64,000 nt of DNA, taken from Blepharisma stoltei ATCC 30299 (lineage: Eukaryota > Protista > Ciliophora). The notes beneath the pieces were generated by a model. That model was not told where the DNA came from. It was given only the letters and a program-made list of their open reading frames with translations, and made no database searches. Positions 24,501-36,896 of the stretch are shown here, piece after piece. How positions within the stretch are numbered: the first letter of the stretch is position 1; each line of letters opens with the position of its first letter. The stretch spans positions 310,001 through 374,000 of the forward strand of contig CBFDEM010000010.1 of NCBI GenBank assembly GCA_965603825.1. Reading direction: 5' to 3'. The position numbers and the translations under genes are program-made.

Positions 24501-27320
24501 GCTAACAATGCTAACATTATTGAAAGTAATTGAACCCAGACTTTCAAAAATGAGAACTAGTGGCCCTTCATCAGCAGTATTATTAAAAAATGCACAGCTT
24601 TCTAAATTAGCTCAAGCAGAATTTTGAAGATATATTAGCAGAAGAGAATTTTCAGAAAAATAGCAATTAATGCAGTTTAATGACCCATCAAAAATAGAAA
24701 TAAGACCATCACCTAAAAAGTTCTGATAAAATATAGTTCCATTAAATAGGTTATTTTGAGCTGAAAATCCATCTGCATACAGCACACATTCATTATTCAT
24801 AAAAATGCTTCCAAAATCTTGATAATTTGCATTATTTTGAATATAAATTGGGTAGTCCGTGTTTTTGTAAAAACTACAATTTTCCGTAATCACGGTATTA
24901 TTAAAAAATTGTTCGGATGGCACAGATACATAAGCTACTGCACTTCCTGATTGATGCCTAGAATTTAGAGCGAATATACACTTTTTTATATAAAATATTG
25001 CATCTTTGCTTGTTTGACTAAATATTATAATTGAACCCTGATTGTTTTGAAAGAAAGTTAAGTTTTTAATTTCAAATAAATGTGTCAGATTATTAATCCC
25101 AATCCCTCCACCTATTTGATCTGATGTTGCATTATAAAAAATGCTGTTTTCAATTAAAACGTCTTCACAATCCTTTAAATAAATTCCTCCTTGATAACTG
25201 CTGTAAATATTTTCTATATTGATATTATTCAAATGTGCTGATTTTATGTTTGCGAGTGCAATCCCTGCTGCCCAGTCATCATTTCGAGTATTTTTGATAG
25301 TTATGCTTTCGCAAAAAATTTTGTTGCCGTTTACAATATTGATTGGAGCAAATTGACTATTTATATGAAGAAAATCTATTGAAATATTTGAAATTAAAGC
25401 CTGATTTTTAATATTAAGCATGTAAAGCACAGAAAAAGCTGAGGAGGATGGTGCCATAAGAGTTTCATCAATCATAAAATTTGACACTGAAAAAGTATGT
25501 ATTTCATAACTAAATATCAAGAGTAAAGTAGTCACGCTGCCATTATCATATATTGAAAGAGCACTTGAATTAAAATAAGGAAACACTGTGTTACTAAGCT
25601 TTAAGTCTTTTATTATATGATTTACACGAAAACCTTTCAAGGTAGCGTTAATATTTCATGCATGATCAAAGAAAAAGCCATATTTAAATAATGAGGAGTC
25701 TATAAGCACATTTTCAGCATTGATGAGAATCATATTATCTGGATCCATTCAATAAGAGTATTCATAAAACACACTGTATAAAAAAAGACTGTTACTAATA
25801 TAGAAATCTTTTATATAAATTTCAAGCGGATAAGTAAATAAATAGCAAAAAATGAGAATATCAGATCCAATCAAGTTAAAAGTATTATTGACAATTCTCA
25901 TTTTTGGGACGATTATCCACTCATAATTATCATTTAAAGCTAGATTAGAAGTTATACTGTCCATATCATAGTATACTGAAACCATAGATCATGTATATAT
26001 TGTGTCAAAGCTGCAATTTTCAAAAATAAATTCGCCACGACAATTATCAACAGAAATCAAAGTTCCACAATAATCAGAAATTAAAGCTGCACCTCTGCAC
26101 AATGATAAACTGTTCAAAAAGTTTACATTTGAAAATTTTATTGAGCCAGTATAATTTGCTAATAAAAAGCTTGAAGCAAAATCCATCAGGGAGCTGAAAA
26201 ATCCATTGTTTAATTCTACTGTTCCTTTTTCATATACAAAAGTGTTTGGATAGCAGTTTAAATCGCATCTAAGAATTATGACGCCATATAGATTTCCGCA
26301 GTCATAAGCTTTAATATTTTGAAAAGTTGTATTATATAATCTTAAGACTCCACTTTGAGCAAAAATAATTGATTTTAAATTGTATTCCATATTTTGAAAA
26401 GTCGTATTATAAATAAATAATCAATTATACTCTCCAATAGATATAAAGTTGCTAAAAGTGTTAATTGGGCAAACAGTAGCTGTATTAAATACATCAGAAA
26501 GTTGAATTTCATAAGGCTGAGCTACGGCTTTCCTATCGAATATTATGTTTTGAAAATAAATTCAATATAAAGTTTCAAAATCCATGGTAAATTTGCTATT
26601 TGTGATTTTTAAAGTTGCATGTTGTAATTGATCATTACTGGCTGGTCTAATTATTAGTGAAACAGCTATTGAGCCTATATTAAAATAATCTTCATCAATA
26701 ATGTGAAGCCCAGGCTCAAGCAAAATTTCAATAAATTGATCACATGGATTTTCCAGCGCTTCTGCAAGAGTTTTATAAGGATAATTTTTGGATCCATTCC
26801 TTATTGTGCTTGTTGTATTATAATCAACATACATGCTGCATGGATTCGAAAAAGTTACCATATTAATCAATTCATTTTTACAGTCTTGATCACATTCTTG
26901 GCAGTCATTTAAGTCAAATTTGCATGCAGGATTATTGCAAGCATCATCACATTTTCCATCACCAAGCATTTCTTCAAAGCAATCTTTTGCACAGCTCCCA
27001 CATGCTCCTAAATCATAGCCACATTTTTGAATGTTACATTCTGATTGAATATTACCTTCATCACACTGATTATTCTTTAGCAACTCTAAGGAGCAGCTGC
27101 TCTGTAAAACACAGTCGTAAAGGCAATCACTTGATTTCATCATTTCAGTTTTACTTGCATACATACTTTCGTATGAGTCGTAATTGCAAGCTTCAATCAT
27201 GCATGAAGGATTGCAAGCTCCATCTCCAATCTGAATTATTCTTACATATAAAGGATCACAGAGGTTAGAGTAGCAGTCAAAAGCTAAAGAGGAAGAAAAT
27301 GTGAGAAAAAAAATAAGCAT
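21576..27320 (-). CDS. Giant surface protein (~1910 aa): signal peptide, LNR/Notch-like repeats, right-handed beta-helix repeats, Cys-rich module, multi-TM C-terminus
   Basis: Eight ORF-track pieces are all in one frame and interrupted only by 13 TGA; LNR motifs (LGDGKCDDACNNPACKFDLNDC), FxNN/GGA repeats, CxxCP module, FGFIYNGY..FYWEFVILIRK; probable intron 27041-27055. Confidence 0.85.
27041..27055 (-). other. Probable 15-nt intron GTAATATTCAATCAG
   Basis: Removal converts CDEGNIQSECN to canonical LNR spacing CDEECN. Confidence 0.8.
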
Positions 27321-27858
27321 CCCTATTTATTTACAATTATTTAAAAATTGTAGAGAAAATTACTTAAATATATGTTTCAATAAATTTATTTAAGCTCATT
27401 AATTATTAGTAAATAAAATTTATATCAGTTTCTCAACTGTATTATGTCTCAGTAAATCTTATAAATATTTTAAAAGAAAGTCTATTAAGAAAAGATCATG
27501 ATGATAAGACGTAATACAATAAAATTGCATGAAGATGAATTAGAATTAAAATATATATATTGCCAATTTATATTTCTGTTATAGGTGCTTTACCTAGACT
27601 TTATTTTTATAAATAAAAAATAGCAATAATAAACTGCAACATCCTTTTCTTAGATTTTTAAATAATGACTCTTAATTTTTAAAAATTAAAAATTATCTTG
27701 AAATAATAAAATTTCAAATTCATTCCCAAACTCTATTAAATTTATTTTGCTAGTAATCAAATACTTAAATAACACAAAAAATGGAAATTAAAATTCTGTT
27801 CATATCTATGGCAAAATTTCAGTGAGATTAATTAAAATATTTATTTATTATAATTATA

Positions 27859-28491
27859 ATGAAAAATTGTTCTTTTAGTAATTCTAATGCGCATCATACT
27901 TGCCGAATATCATCGGCGAATCTTTATTATCAAAGGAATATTAAAAAAGAAATTAAAAATACTACGGGACTGCAAACATTGAAGAAGTTATCTAAAAAAA
28001 ATGAAAGGAAAGTATTTGCTAATAAAGAAAAATCTCTAGCTGATTCATGAGCAAGAAAAATGGGCTATTATTTTAATAAGGAATCACTAAAAATTAAAAC
28101 TTATGAATACATGAAAATTACTAAAAAATTGCTTGAAATTTATAAGAAATATAGCAGGAAATTCAAGAAATTTGAAAAATTTGAAAAATTTGAAGCAGTT
28201 AGTAGAATAAGTGATGAATTTCTTATCTTTTTGCCTCTAATTGACAATAGATTTAGTAATAGCCCAAATAATTATAAAAATGGCCCTTTGCCATACAGAA
28301 AACACCAGACGGAGATATTAAACTTCTTAATAAAGAATTATTTTCAGACAAGAGGGTGAAATGAGTGTAAAAAAAGAACTGGTTGGTTTGAGAGAGAGAA
28401 AAAAGCTGAAAATGTAAATTTGACTCATAATAGCAGATTAAAATTTAGAAAACCTGAAGAAGCAATTTATCAGTTTCTTATTCATTATTAA
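27859..28491 (+). CDS. Basic hypothetical protein (210 aa), probable paralog of 30751..31368
   Basis: Frame open through TGA 28048 and 28357 to TAA 28489-28491. Confidence 0.55.
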
Positions 28492-28869
28492 TTTTTCAGA
28501 CTGGATGTGAAATTAATTATATTAAGCAATAGACGATTTACGCAGTTATGCTTTATCATTTTGAAAATTAAACTATACAAGGAGTAAGATGCTTTGCTAA
28601 ATTATTTACTTAAATATCTTAGTTAGCAAATAATCAGATAGAGTCATTTCCCAACTTGAACTCTTATATTTTCTTTAATTTTAAAATTGATAAGCCAGTG
28701 CTTTTTGCTATCTTATGTTTTTCCTGTGAGGCAAGATCCCCACGAGTCTTTATTTTTCCTCAAAATGGAAAAAATTGGCTTCATTTCACTTTTTTTCTTG
28801 GTTTTAAGTTCATCAATATCGAAATGGTTTTAAAATGGAAAAAGTTCGTTTTGAGTTCAATTAATTTGT

Positions 28870-30334
28870 AACAGCTAAAGCATAATATAAATGATCGCTT
28901 TCTCAGCACTTAATATCAAGATTGCTTACTAAATATAAACTCCCATAAATATATGTACAGCTTAAAATAGAAAACATATAGTCTGCTATTAAAGGTAAAA
29001 ACCAAAAACAATAAAATACACAAAGTTGCGATTAATTTACTTTTCATCAATTTTCGCTTTCTTTTATATGCCGCAATTAATGACTAAAAAATGGCTGCAG
29101 TTGCTCCTAGGGAACCGGAAGAGCTACTATCATGATCGTTTTTTGAAATATATTGTTTTATATGAATCTTGGTCGTTAGTATCCATTAAATAGCTATCAA
29201 TTTATACTATATTTGTAGGAACTTCTCCTGGATATTCTTGACGAGATAATCAGAAATCTATATAAACAGTCAATTTAGCTTGAGTCTTGCTACAAGCACA
29301 ATCATTTGTAAATAATTTATCAAAATAAGGATGTATATTGAGATTGTAGATTTAGGTTCTAAGCAGCTTTCAAAGAAAAATAAGCTATGAAAGCAATTGA
29401 AAAATTTAAGGCTATAAAAATAGCAATATGTTCAGTAGCACTTGCACCTCGATCATCTAGAACTTTTTGCATTTATTTCTTCCAGATATAATAATATTTT
29501 ATCGAGGTTATGTATGGATATTACAATAAAGTTCAAGCCTCACGGTCAATTAGAAAAATAGCAGAAAACCATAGGCCAGATATATTTGCCTTTCAAAAAG
29601 GTAACTACAAATCGCAACAGATTTTTCTTGCGGGGATTACAGGACCCTCTGAAACTCCATACGAAGGTGGAATATTTTATATCTCAGTTTTCCTTCCCAG
29701 CAACCATAATAATTACAAGTTCCAGTTCCTTACCAAAATTTTGCACCCAAATATAAGCGAGGATGGAACATTTCAGATAGAAATGCCCAGTAAAGCCAAA
29801 GAAGATATTGAAGATGGGCTTATATGAATAATCGAACTTTTGAAGAAACCAAAATGGGAATTAGCCACTAATAAAGAATTAGTACTAATTTATAAAGAAA
29901 ATGAAGAGATATACTTTTCTTATGTTAAAGAAGCTGCAGTTATGTATGCGATTTAATCATTTTTAAATAGAGAAAATAAATAAATTTTTTCTAGATCATG
30001 AATATTTATCATCATATAGTTTTGCAGATATTTCCTCTGTATCCTTCAGCACATTCTCCAATCAAAGAAATGCATTTATTGCTATCTTTTAGTCATCCCT
30101 TGCAGATGTTTCCTAGAAATGAGGAGGAGGTGCCCCCAAAGACCAGATAATCTATGGCTTTGTTAACATCACAGGACTAGACCTCATCCACGAGCAAGAA
30201 TTTGTGATTACCTTAGGTAGCCCGTTGAATACGGTATCTCCGATTTGATTTTAGATTACTTTGATTGGATCGCAAGTATTAGGATTCCAATCAAAAGCTA
30301 AAGCTGCAAATACTTGAATGAAAAAGATAGACAT
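28870..30334 (-). pseudogene. Decayed paralog of the giant surface protein, interrupted by the E2-like gene
   Basis: MSIFFIQVFAALAFDWNPNTCDPIKVI*NQIGD matches MLIFF..LAFDCYSNLCDPLYVRIIQIGD; LKDSNKCISLIGECAEGYRGNIC matches LKDANDSISLTGRCREGYQGNLC; 28900-29320 resembles 22320-22750 in DNA; in-frame TAA and frameshifts. Confidence 0.8.
29510..29956 (+). CDS. Ubiquitin-conjugating (E2) fold protein lacking the catalytic Cys (UEV-like)
   Basis: ITGPSETPYEGGIF, FLTKILHPNISEDGTFQIEM (Q where the Cys of GxICL lies); TGA 29825 read through to TAA 29954-29956. Confidence 0.8.
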
Positions 30335-30750
30335 TATAATACTTATACACTTAAGCGAAATATGTAGAAAAATATAATATGAAATGTTGAGATATATAAG
30401 CTAGATTATATATATTAGCCATTTACCCTATATGCGAAATTCTAAAGTTTAATTAATAAAGAAAATTTACAGTGTTTTTAAATAAACAATTGCATAAACT
30501 ATTCGCTTTTATATATCAAAAAATGATATAAGTAGCATTTAATTGCATATTTTTAAAGTTTGAAAAGAATTCCTGTTTGAATATATGAAGAAAGTTTTAA
30601 AGGCTAATAAGATTCCTAAGAGTTGAGTTTACATAGATGATAATAAATTTCATTTAAAAAATTTTATATTATCTTTGATATTGCAAAATACCACTTTTCG
30701 ATATAATAAGATTACTTATTTTTAACTTAAAATGCAATCACTTCTGATAA

Positions 30751-31368
30751 ATGAAAAATGGTGATTATTATACCTATAAAGAAGCTAATAAGCCAAACGC
30801 CCATCATTTTGCCAGAAATATTACAAATGAAATTAAAAGTGTCAAATTGAAAAAGTCAAAACGGATTGAACTAAAAACAGAGAAGGAAACTCTCTTTATT
30901 GAAAAACAAAAATCATCAATTATATGGTTAGATGATTTCAGTAATTCTTCAAATTCAATAAAAACAAACTATAATAAATTTCAGCAGCATTTCTGAACAA
31001 AAAACTTTAAATACACAGATAACTCAGAAGCTTTCATTAATATTTGCAAAAAGCAAAGTAGAAAGCAGAAAATTTTATTGAATTATCCAATGGTTAAGCA
31101 AATCAATAAAGAATGAGGTGAATTTTTTTTTTCATTTGAAATGAATTATAAATGATACAAACAAATAATTGCTATTTTTCAATATATTGTAGTAAAGTAT
31201 TTTCGAAATTTCAAAAGGGCTCAAAATTGGAGAGGAAAGAAAGAATGAAAGATTGGTTGCAAAAAAACCAAAAAACGATGTTTGCTGAATGGTTTAACAA
31301 AATTTACTGAGGCAAAAGAAGCAGTTTATAATTATTTGAAATGAAATCCATTTAAACCAAAGATTTAA
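30751..31368 (+). CDS. Basic hypothetical protein (205 aa)
   Basis: Frame open through five TGA to TAA 31366-31368. Confidence 0.55.
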
Positions 31369-31677
31369 GGATATCGTTTCCCAATTGGTATTAATTTAGT
31401 TATTTCAAGTTATAACATACAAAAGCATTTTTAATATGATATTAAGTATTTTATAATAATATAGAGAATGGCTAAAAACTCTAGCATTAATATTTTCATC
31501 CTTGCAAGTTTAAGATTTCTCATCAATTTTAATTAGGTAAGCAATCATTTTAATTAGCCAGATAATGCATTTTAGCATCAAGTTCACATAAATAAATTAA
31601 GATGAGCATTAAATTAATATTTCAAAAGGTCACTGCACTTGACTTCGATTGAAATAAATAATTAACTTAATTAAGAA

Positions 31678-32553
31678 ATGGAAAGAAATCAAATGTAACT
31701 TCCAAATAGGACAGCTGAATTGCTTTACCAGAACAATCAAAAGCTTCGCAAAGAATATGCAGAGCTAAAAGAACAATATAACAAAATTATCGTTAAATCA
31801 ACTCCAAAATCCAAAACTTACAATATTAAGCTATCTAAAAGTCAGCCAAAATCACACTCTGAAATCACTAGAAAGATCTTCAGAACCTTTGAAAATGAAA
31901 TTGGATTCCTTGGAAGAAGGCTCTCCGCTCCAAAAGATATCGACATCGAATACAAACTAGAAGTACAAATAAGAGATCTCCAAAAAAGGCTTAATTCTCT
32001 TAAAAAGGAAAACGAAAAACTTAACAAAGCAACACTTCAAATTAAAGACACAGAATTAATTATCACAAATCCAGAGCATGAAATACAAAAAGAAATCAAT
32101 CAAATTAATAAAAAAATCAAAAAAACTGAATCAGAAACCGACAAAGATAGAAAAATGATCGATGAATACATAGAAAAAATTCCTGGTTTAGAGCAAAAAG
32201 CTGAGAAACTTAAAGGAAAATTAAGTCTGTATAAAGAAAGAAATGATGAAAAAGTAAAAAAATTTGATGATATGAGCAAAAAATTCGAAATTATAATGAA
32301 TAGTTGAAAAGCAAATGTAGCGAAATATCAGCAGAAAATAAAAGAAATGGAAGAGGAAGAATCCAAAATCAGAGAAAAGGTGATAGGAATAAAGACAAAG
32401 GTTTTTAAAAAGGATCAACAAATGAGATTGCTTCATATGACACGTGATGAATTGATATCGATGAAAAATTCACCAGATAAGCCAGATGATGGGCTATTTC
32501 ATCCTGATGTTAATTTTTTGTACAAGCCATCAGTAAATGCTCTTTATATATAA
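31678..32553 (+). CDS. Coiled-coil hypothetical protein with one 15-nt intron
   Basis: ATG 31678; intron 31695-31709 removes an in-frame TAA; TGA 32305 joins the two ORF-track pieces. Confidence 0.7.
31695..31709 (+). other. 15-nt intron GTAACTTCCAAATAG
   Basis: Removes an in-frame TAA near the start codon. Confidence 0.8.
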
Positions 32554-34630
32554 TTATTGTCTTTTAAGAGGAAAAGAATATACTCAAAGGCACAAGTTTG
32601 TCTGAAAAAATAATATTTTTAACTTTCTAGAATTATTAGCTTATTAAATTTTTTTAACCTTTATGTTTTTTAAGCTAAACTTGTAGCAGTGCATACCATG
32701 AGATTCTTGCAAACTTATAAGTGCAGATCCTTTATTATAAGTTATCGAACTAATTGGATTAACACTATAGCCACAAGTGCTAATTTTATTCCATATATAT
32801 TCATTTCCTTTTTCACTTTCATAGCTTGCCCCATCACTTTGAAGTATATAAATTCTCTGTTTAAGCTTAAATAGTATTTTAGTACAGTAAACAGTATTTG
32901 ATAATAACACTTCATAGTTATTTGCTTGAATAGAATATTTATATAAGTGATAATGGTGAAATCCAGATAATAAAATTGAGCCTTTAAATACGATGCAAGA
33001 ACAATAATAAGCGGCAACTGGAAGATTTGTAAGGTCTTTTCAACTGTTTTCTTCCAAATCGAATTTTCTTGCTGAATTTAATATATCATGGCCCGTTGTA
33101 CATCGCCCGAAAACATAGACACAATTGTTATGATATACAGCTCCTGAAGCAATGCTGGGAAGTCCATCAGGTAAAGATCTTTTAAGAGTTTTTGATTTTA
33201 GATCTATTATGTACGTAGCTCCTGAAAGTTGTTGACCGCCTCCATAGCAAAACAATTCATTATTTGGGAACTTAGTTATGCATGTACCACTGCTTAATGG
33301 AATTGGAGTGACAATGCGAGTTGAATATTTACTATGAGTCTTTGGATCATAAGTTTACAAAATGGTGTGATTTTGGTCTCTATTAACTCCATAAATACAT
33401 TTATTCTCAACAGAGAACTCTTCAATAAGTCGTCCAGCTTATCTGAAATTTCATTGTATATTGCAATATAATTTTCAACTTCTATATAATGGCTTGCATC
33501 GATCTTGCAATGAGACTTTTCTCAATATTAAATTTTTTTAAAAGTTTAGTCTTCATCTTTTTAAATTTAGGCAAATTCTCAAATGAAGAGTAATATTCAC
33601 TTGAATAATTTTCAAGTTTAATTTTCAATTCTGAAATTTGTGCTGCTTTTTTAACGAGTTTTTCATTTTCTTTTGGCTGAGCCAGAATATTTTCATTTTT
33701 GTTATTTAGAATCAATTCATGAAGTTTTTTATTTTCATTTTTCATAAGCTTAAATTTTTCTTTTAGCTTGTCCAATTTCTCAGACATCAACATTTCTTTT
33801 GAATTTAATTTTGATAATTGGTCTTTCATTTGAATTTTCAGTGTTTAATTAAATTTTCTACTTTCCTTTCGGCAATTAATTAGATTAACCTCTCCATATC
33901 TTTATTTATCTCCGTGCAGGAGCTGGTCGTTTTATTACAATCTATTTTTGGAAATAAATTTTTTAAATTTTCTAAGGCGTTTTGAGGATCATGAAATAAA
34001 GACTGCAATCCCATATTATTTTCGCATTCAGAAATTTTCTGTGAATTGATTAATTTGCTTATCATTTTTTCAATTTTTTCAATTCTACAATTAATTTGAA
34101 AAATATTTTTGGAGTCTCTAAAGCTACAGTCTAGAATTTTTTTCATCTCTTTTTGGTAATCTTCTTTTTCTTTGGTGAGTCAAAGAATCATCTCTCATCT
34201 TGGAATTTCATTTGGCTTAGCAAAGATAATCTCTGAGTCAATTGAAGGTTCTGAAGTACGCAGGCTGCAATGTGGTAGATTTTCTAGCTTTAAAGAATCA
34301 GATGAAATCAACTCTCAATCATGCCCAATTTTCTGACTGCAATTTGTAGAATCAGAACTCTTAAAGTCTTCCATTAATTATAATATAAATATATATGAGA
34401 TTAAAATTAAGAAGGTGACTTTAAGATTGATTGTATCTGCTATCAATTTTATCTTCTCAGCACAAGAGCAGTTGAAATGGCCTACTCCCTCATCCAATAA
34501 TTAAAATTCGTCTTATATTCTGGCAATTTTAATTTTTTCTATCCTTTATACCCATCTTCAAGCATTTTCAGCGCAAACTCACGTTCTTCTATTGGACCCT
34601 CCTTAAAAGCAGAATTATTTCCTTGAAGCC
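32285..34630. repeat. Tandem segmental duplication, copy A
   Basis: Collinear and highly similar to 34631..36896 from tcgaaattataatgaat to ccttgaag. Confidence 0.93.
32644..34374 (-). pseudogene. Disrupted copy of the coiled-coil + Kelch-like gene
   Basis: Same sequence as 34987..36642 but with an in-frame TAA (33880) and frameshifts near 33840, 33500 and 33360. Confidence 0.8.
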
Positions 34631-36896
34631 TCGAAATTATAATGAATTGCTGAAAAGCAAATGTAGAGAAATATCAGCAGAAAATAAAAGAAATGGATGA
34701 GGAAGAATCCAAAATCAGGGAAAAGGTGATAGGAATAAAGACAAAAGATTTTAAAAAGGATCAGCAAATGAGGTTACTTCATATGGCAAGTGATGAACTG
34801 ATATCAATTAAAAATTCACCAGATAAGCCAGATGGAGAGGTATTTCATCCTGATGATAATTTTTGTACAAACCATCAGTAAATGCTCTTTATATCTAATT
34901 ATTGTCTTTTAAGAGGAAAAGAATATACTCAAAGGCACAAGTTTGCAAAAAAAAAATAATAGTTTTAACTATATATAATTATTGGCTTATAAAAGTTCTT
35001 TAATCTTTTTCTTTTTTAAGCTAAACTTATAACAGTGCATACCATTATGCTCTTGCAAACTTATAAGTGCAGATCCTCTATTATAAGTTATCAAACTATT
35101 TCGATGAGCACTATAGCTGCCAGTGCTAATTTTATTTCATATATATTCATTTCCTTTTACACTTTCATAGCTTGTCCCATTAGATTGAAGTATATAAATT
35201 CTCTGTTTAAGCTTAAATTGTATTTTATAAGCGTTATCAAGATTTGATAATAACACTTCATAGTTGTTTGTTTGGATAGAATATTTATATAAGTGATAAT
35301 GTTGATGTCCAGATAATAAAATTGAGCCTTTAAATACGATGCAAGAACAATAATAAGCGGCAGCTGGAAGATTTGTGAGGTCTTTTCAACTGTTTTCTTC
35401 CAAATCGAATTTTCTAGCTGAATTTAATGTATCAGAACCCGTTGTGCATCGCCCGAAAACATAGACACAATTGTTATGATATACAGCTCCTGAAGCAATG
35501 CTGGGAAGTCCATCAGGTAAAGATCTTTTAAGAGTTTTTGATTTTAGATCTATTATGCATGTAACTCCTGAAAGTGGTGTTCAGCTACCATAGCAAAACA
35601 ATTCATTATTTGGGAGCTTAGTTATGCATGTATAAATACTCAATGGAATTGGAGTGACAATGCGAGTTGAATATTTATTATGAGTCTTTGCATCATAAGT
35701 TCACAAAATGGTTTGATTTTGGTCTCTATTAACTCCATAAATACATTTATTCTCAACAGAGAGCTCTTCAGTAAGTTTATTCAGCTTATCTGAAATTTCA
35801 TTGTATATTGTAATATAATTTTCAAATTCTATATAATGACTTGCATGAAATTTTGCCATGAGAATTTTCTCAATATTAAATTGTTTTAAAAGTTTAGTCT
35901 TCATCTTTTTAAATTTAGGTAAATTCTCCAATGAAGAGTAATATTCACTTGAATAATTTTCAAGTTTAATTTTCAATTCTGAAATTTGTGCTGCTTTTTT
36001 AGCGAGCTTTTCTGCCATATAGATATCAAATTTATTTTCTTTTGGCTGAGCCAGAATAGTTTCATTTTTGTTATTTAGAATCAATTTATGAAGCTTTTTA
36101 TTTTCATTTATTACAAGCTCAAATTTTTCTTCTAGCTTGTCCAATTTCTCAGACATCAGCATTTCTTTTGAATTTAATTTTGATAATTGGTCTTTCATTT
36201 GAATTTTCAGTTTTTTAATTAAATTTTCTATTTTCCTTTCGGCAACTGATTCTATCAACCTCTCCATATCTTTATTTATCTCAGTGCTGGAGCTGGTCGT
36301 TTTATTACAATCTATTTTTGGAAATAAATTTTTTAAATTTTCTAAGGCATTTTGAGGATCATGAAATAAAGACTCCAATCCCATATTATTTTCGCATTCA
36401 GAAATTTTTTGTGAATTGGTTAATTCACCTTCTTTTTCTTTGATGAGCCAAAGAATCATCTCTCGTCTTGTAATTTCATTTGACTTAGCAAAGATGATCT
36501 CTGAATCAATTGAAGGTTCTGAAGTTCCCAGGCTGCAATATGCAAGATTTTCTAGCTTTAAAGAATCAGATGAGATCCACTCCCAATCATGCCCAATTTT
36601 CTGACTGCAATTTGTAGAATCAGAACTCTTAAAGTCTTCCATTAATAATAATATAAATATATATGAGATTAAAATTATAAAGCTGACTTTAATATTGATT
36701 GTATCTGCTATCAATTTTATCTTCTCAGCACAAGAGCAGTTGAAATGACCTCCTCCCTCATCCAATAATTAAAGTTCGCCTTATATTCTGGCAATTTTAA
36801 TTTTTTCCATCCTTTATACCCATCTTCAAGCATTTTCAGCGCAAACTCACGTTCTTCTATTGGACCCTCCTTAAAAGCAGGATTATCTCCTTGAAG
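34631..36896. repeat. Tandem segmental duplication, copy B
   Basis: Starts immediately after copy A; carries an orphan 3' end of the coiled-coil gene and the intact Kelch gene. Confidence 0.93.
34987..36642 (-). CDS. Coiled-coil + Kelch-like beta-propeller protein (551 aa)
   Basis: ATG 36642 (MEDFKSS); open through four TGA to TAA 34987-34989; KLPNNELFCYG, VYHNNCVYVFG, ARKFDLEENS(W)KDL. Confidence 0.8.

Noticed and set aside
28168-28194. AAATTTGAA x3 micro-repeat
   Set aside because: Simple in-frame slippage (KFEKFEKFE); not an array
36643-36765. N-terminal extension MDEGGG... of the Kelch gene in the ORF track
   Set aside because: Overlaps the 3' end of the PPase-like CDS and crosses an AT-rich spacer; ATG 36642 preferred
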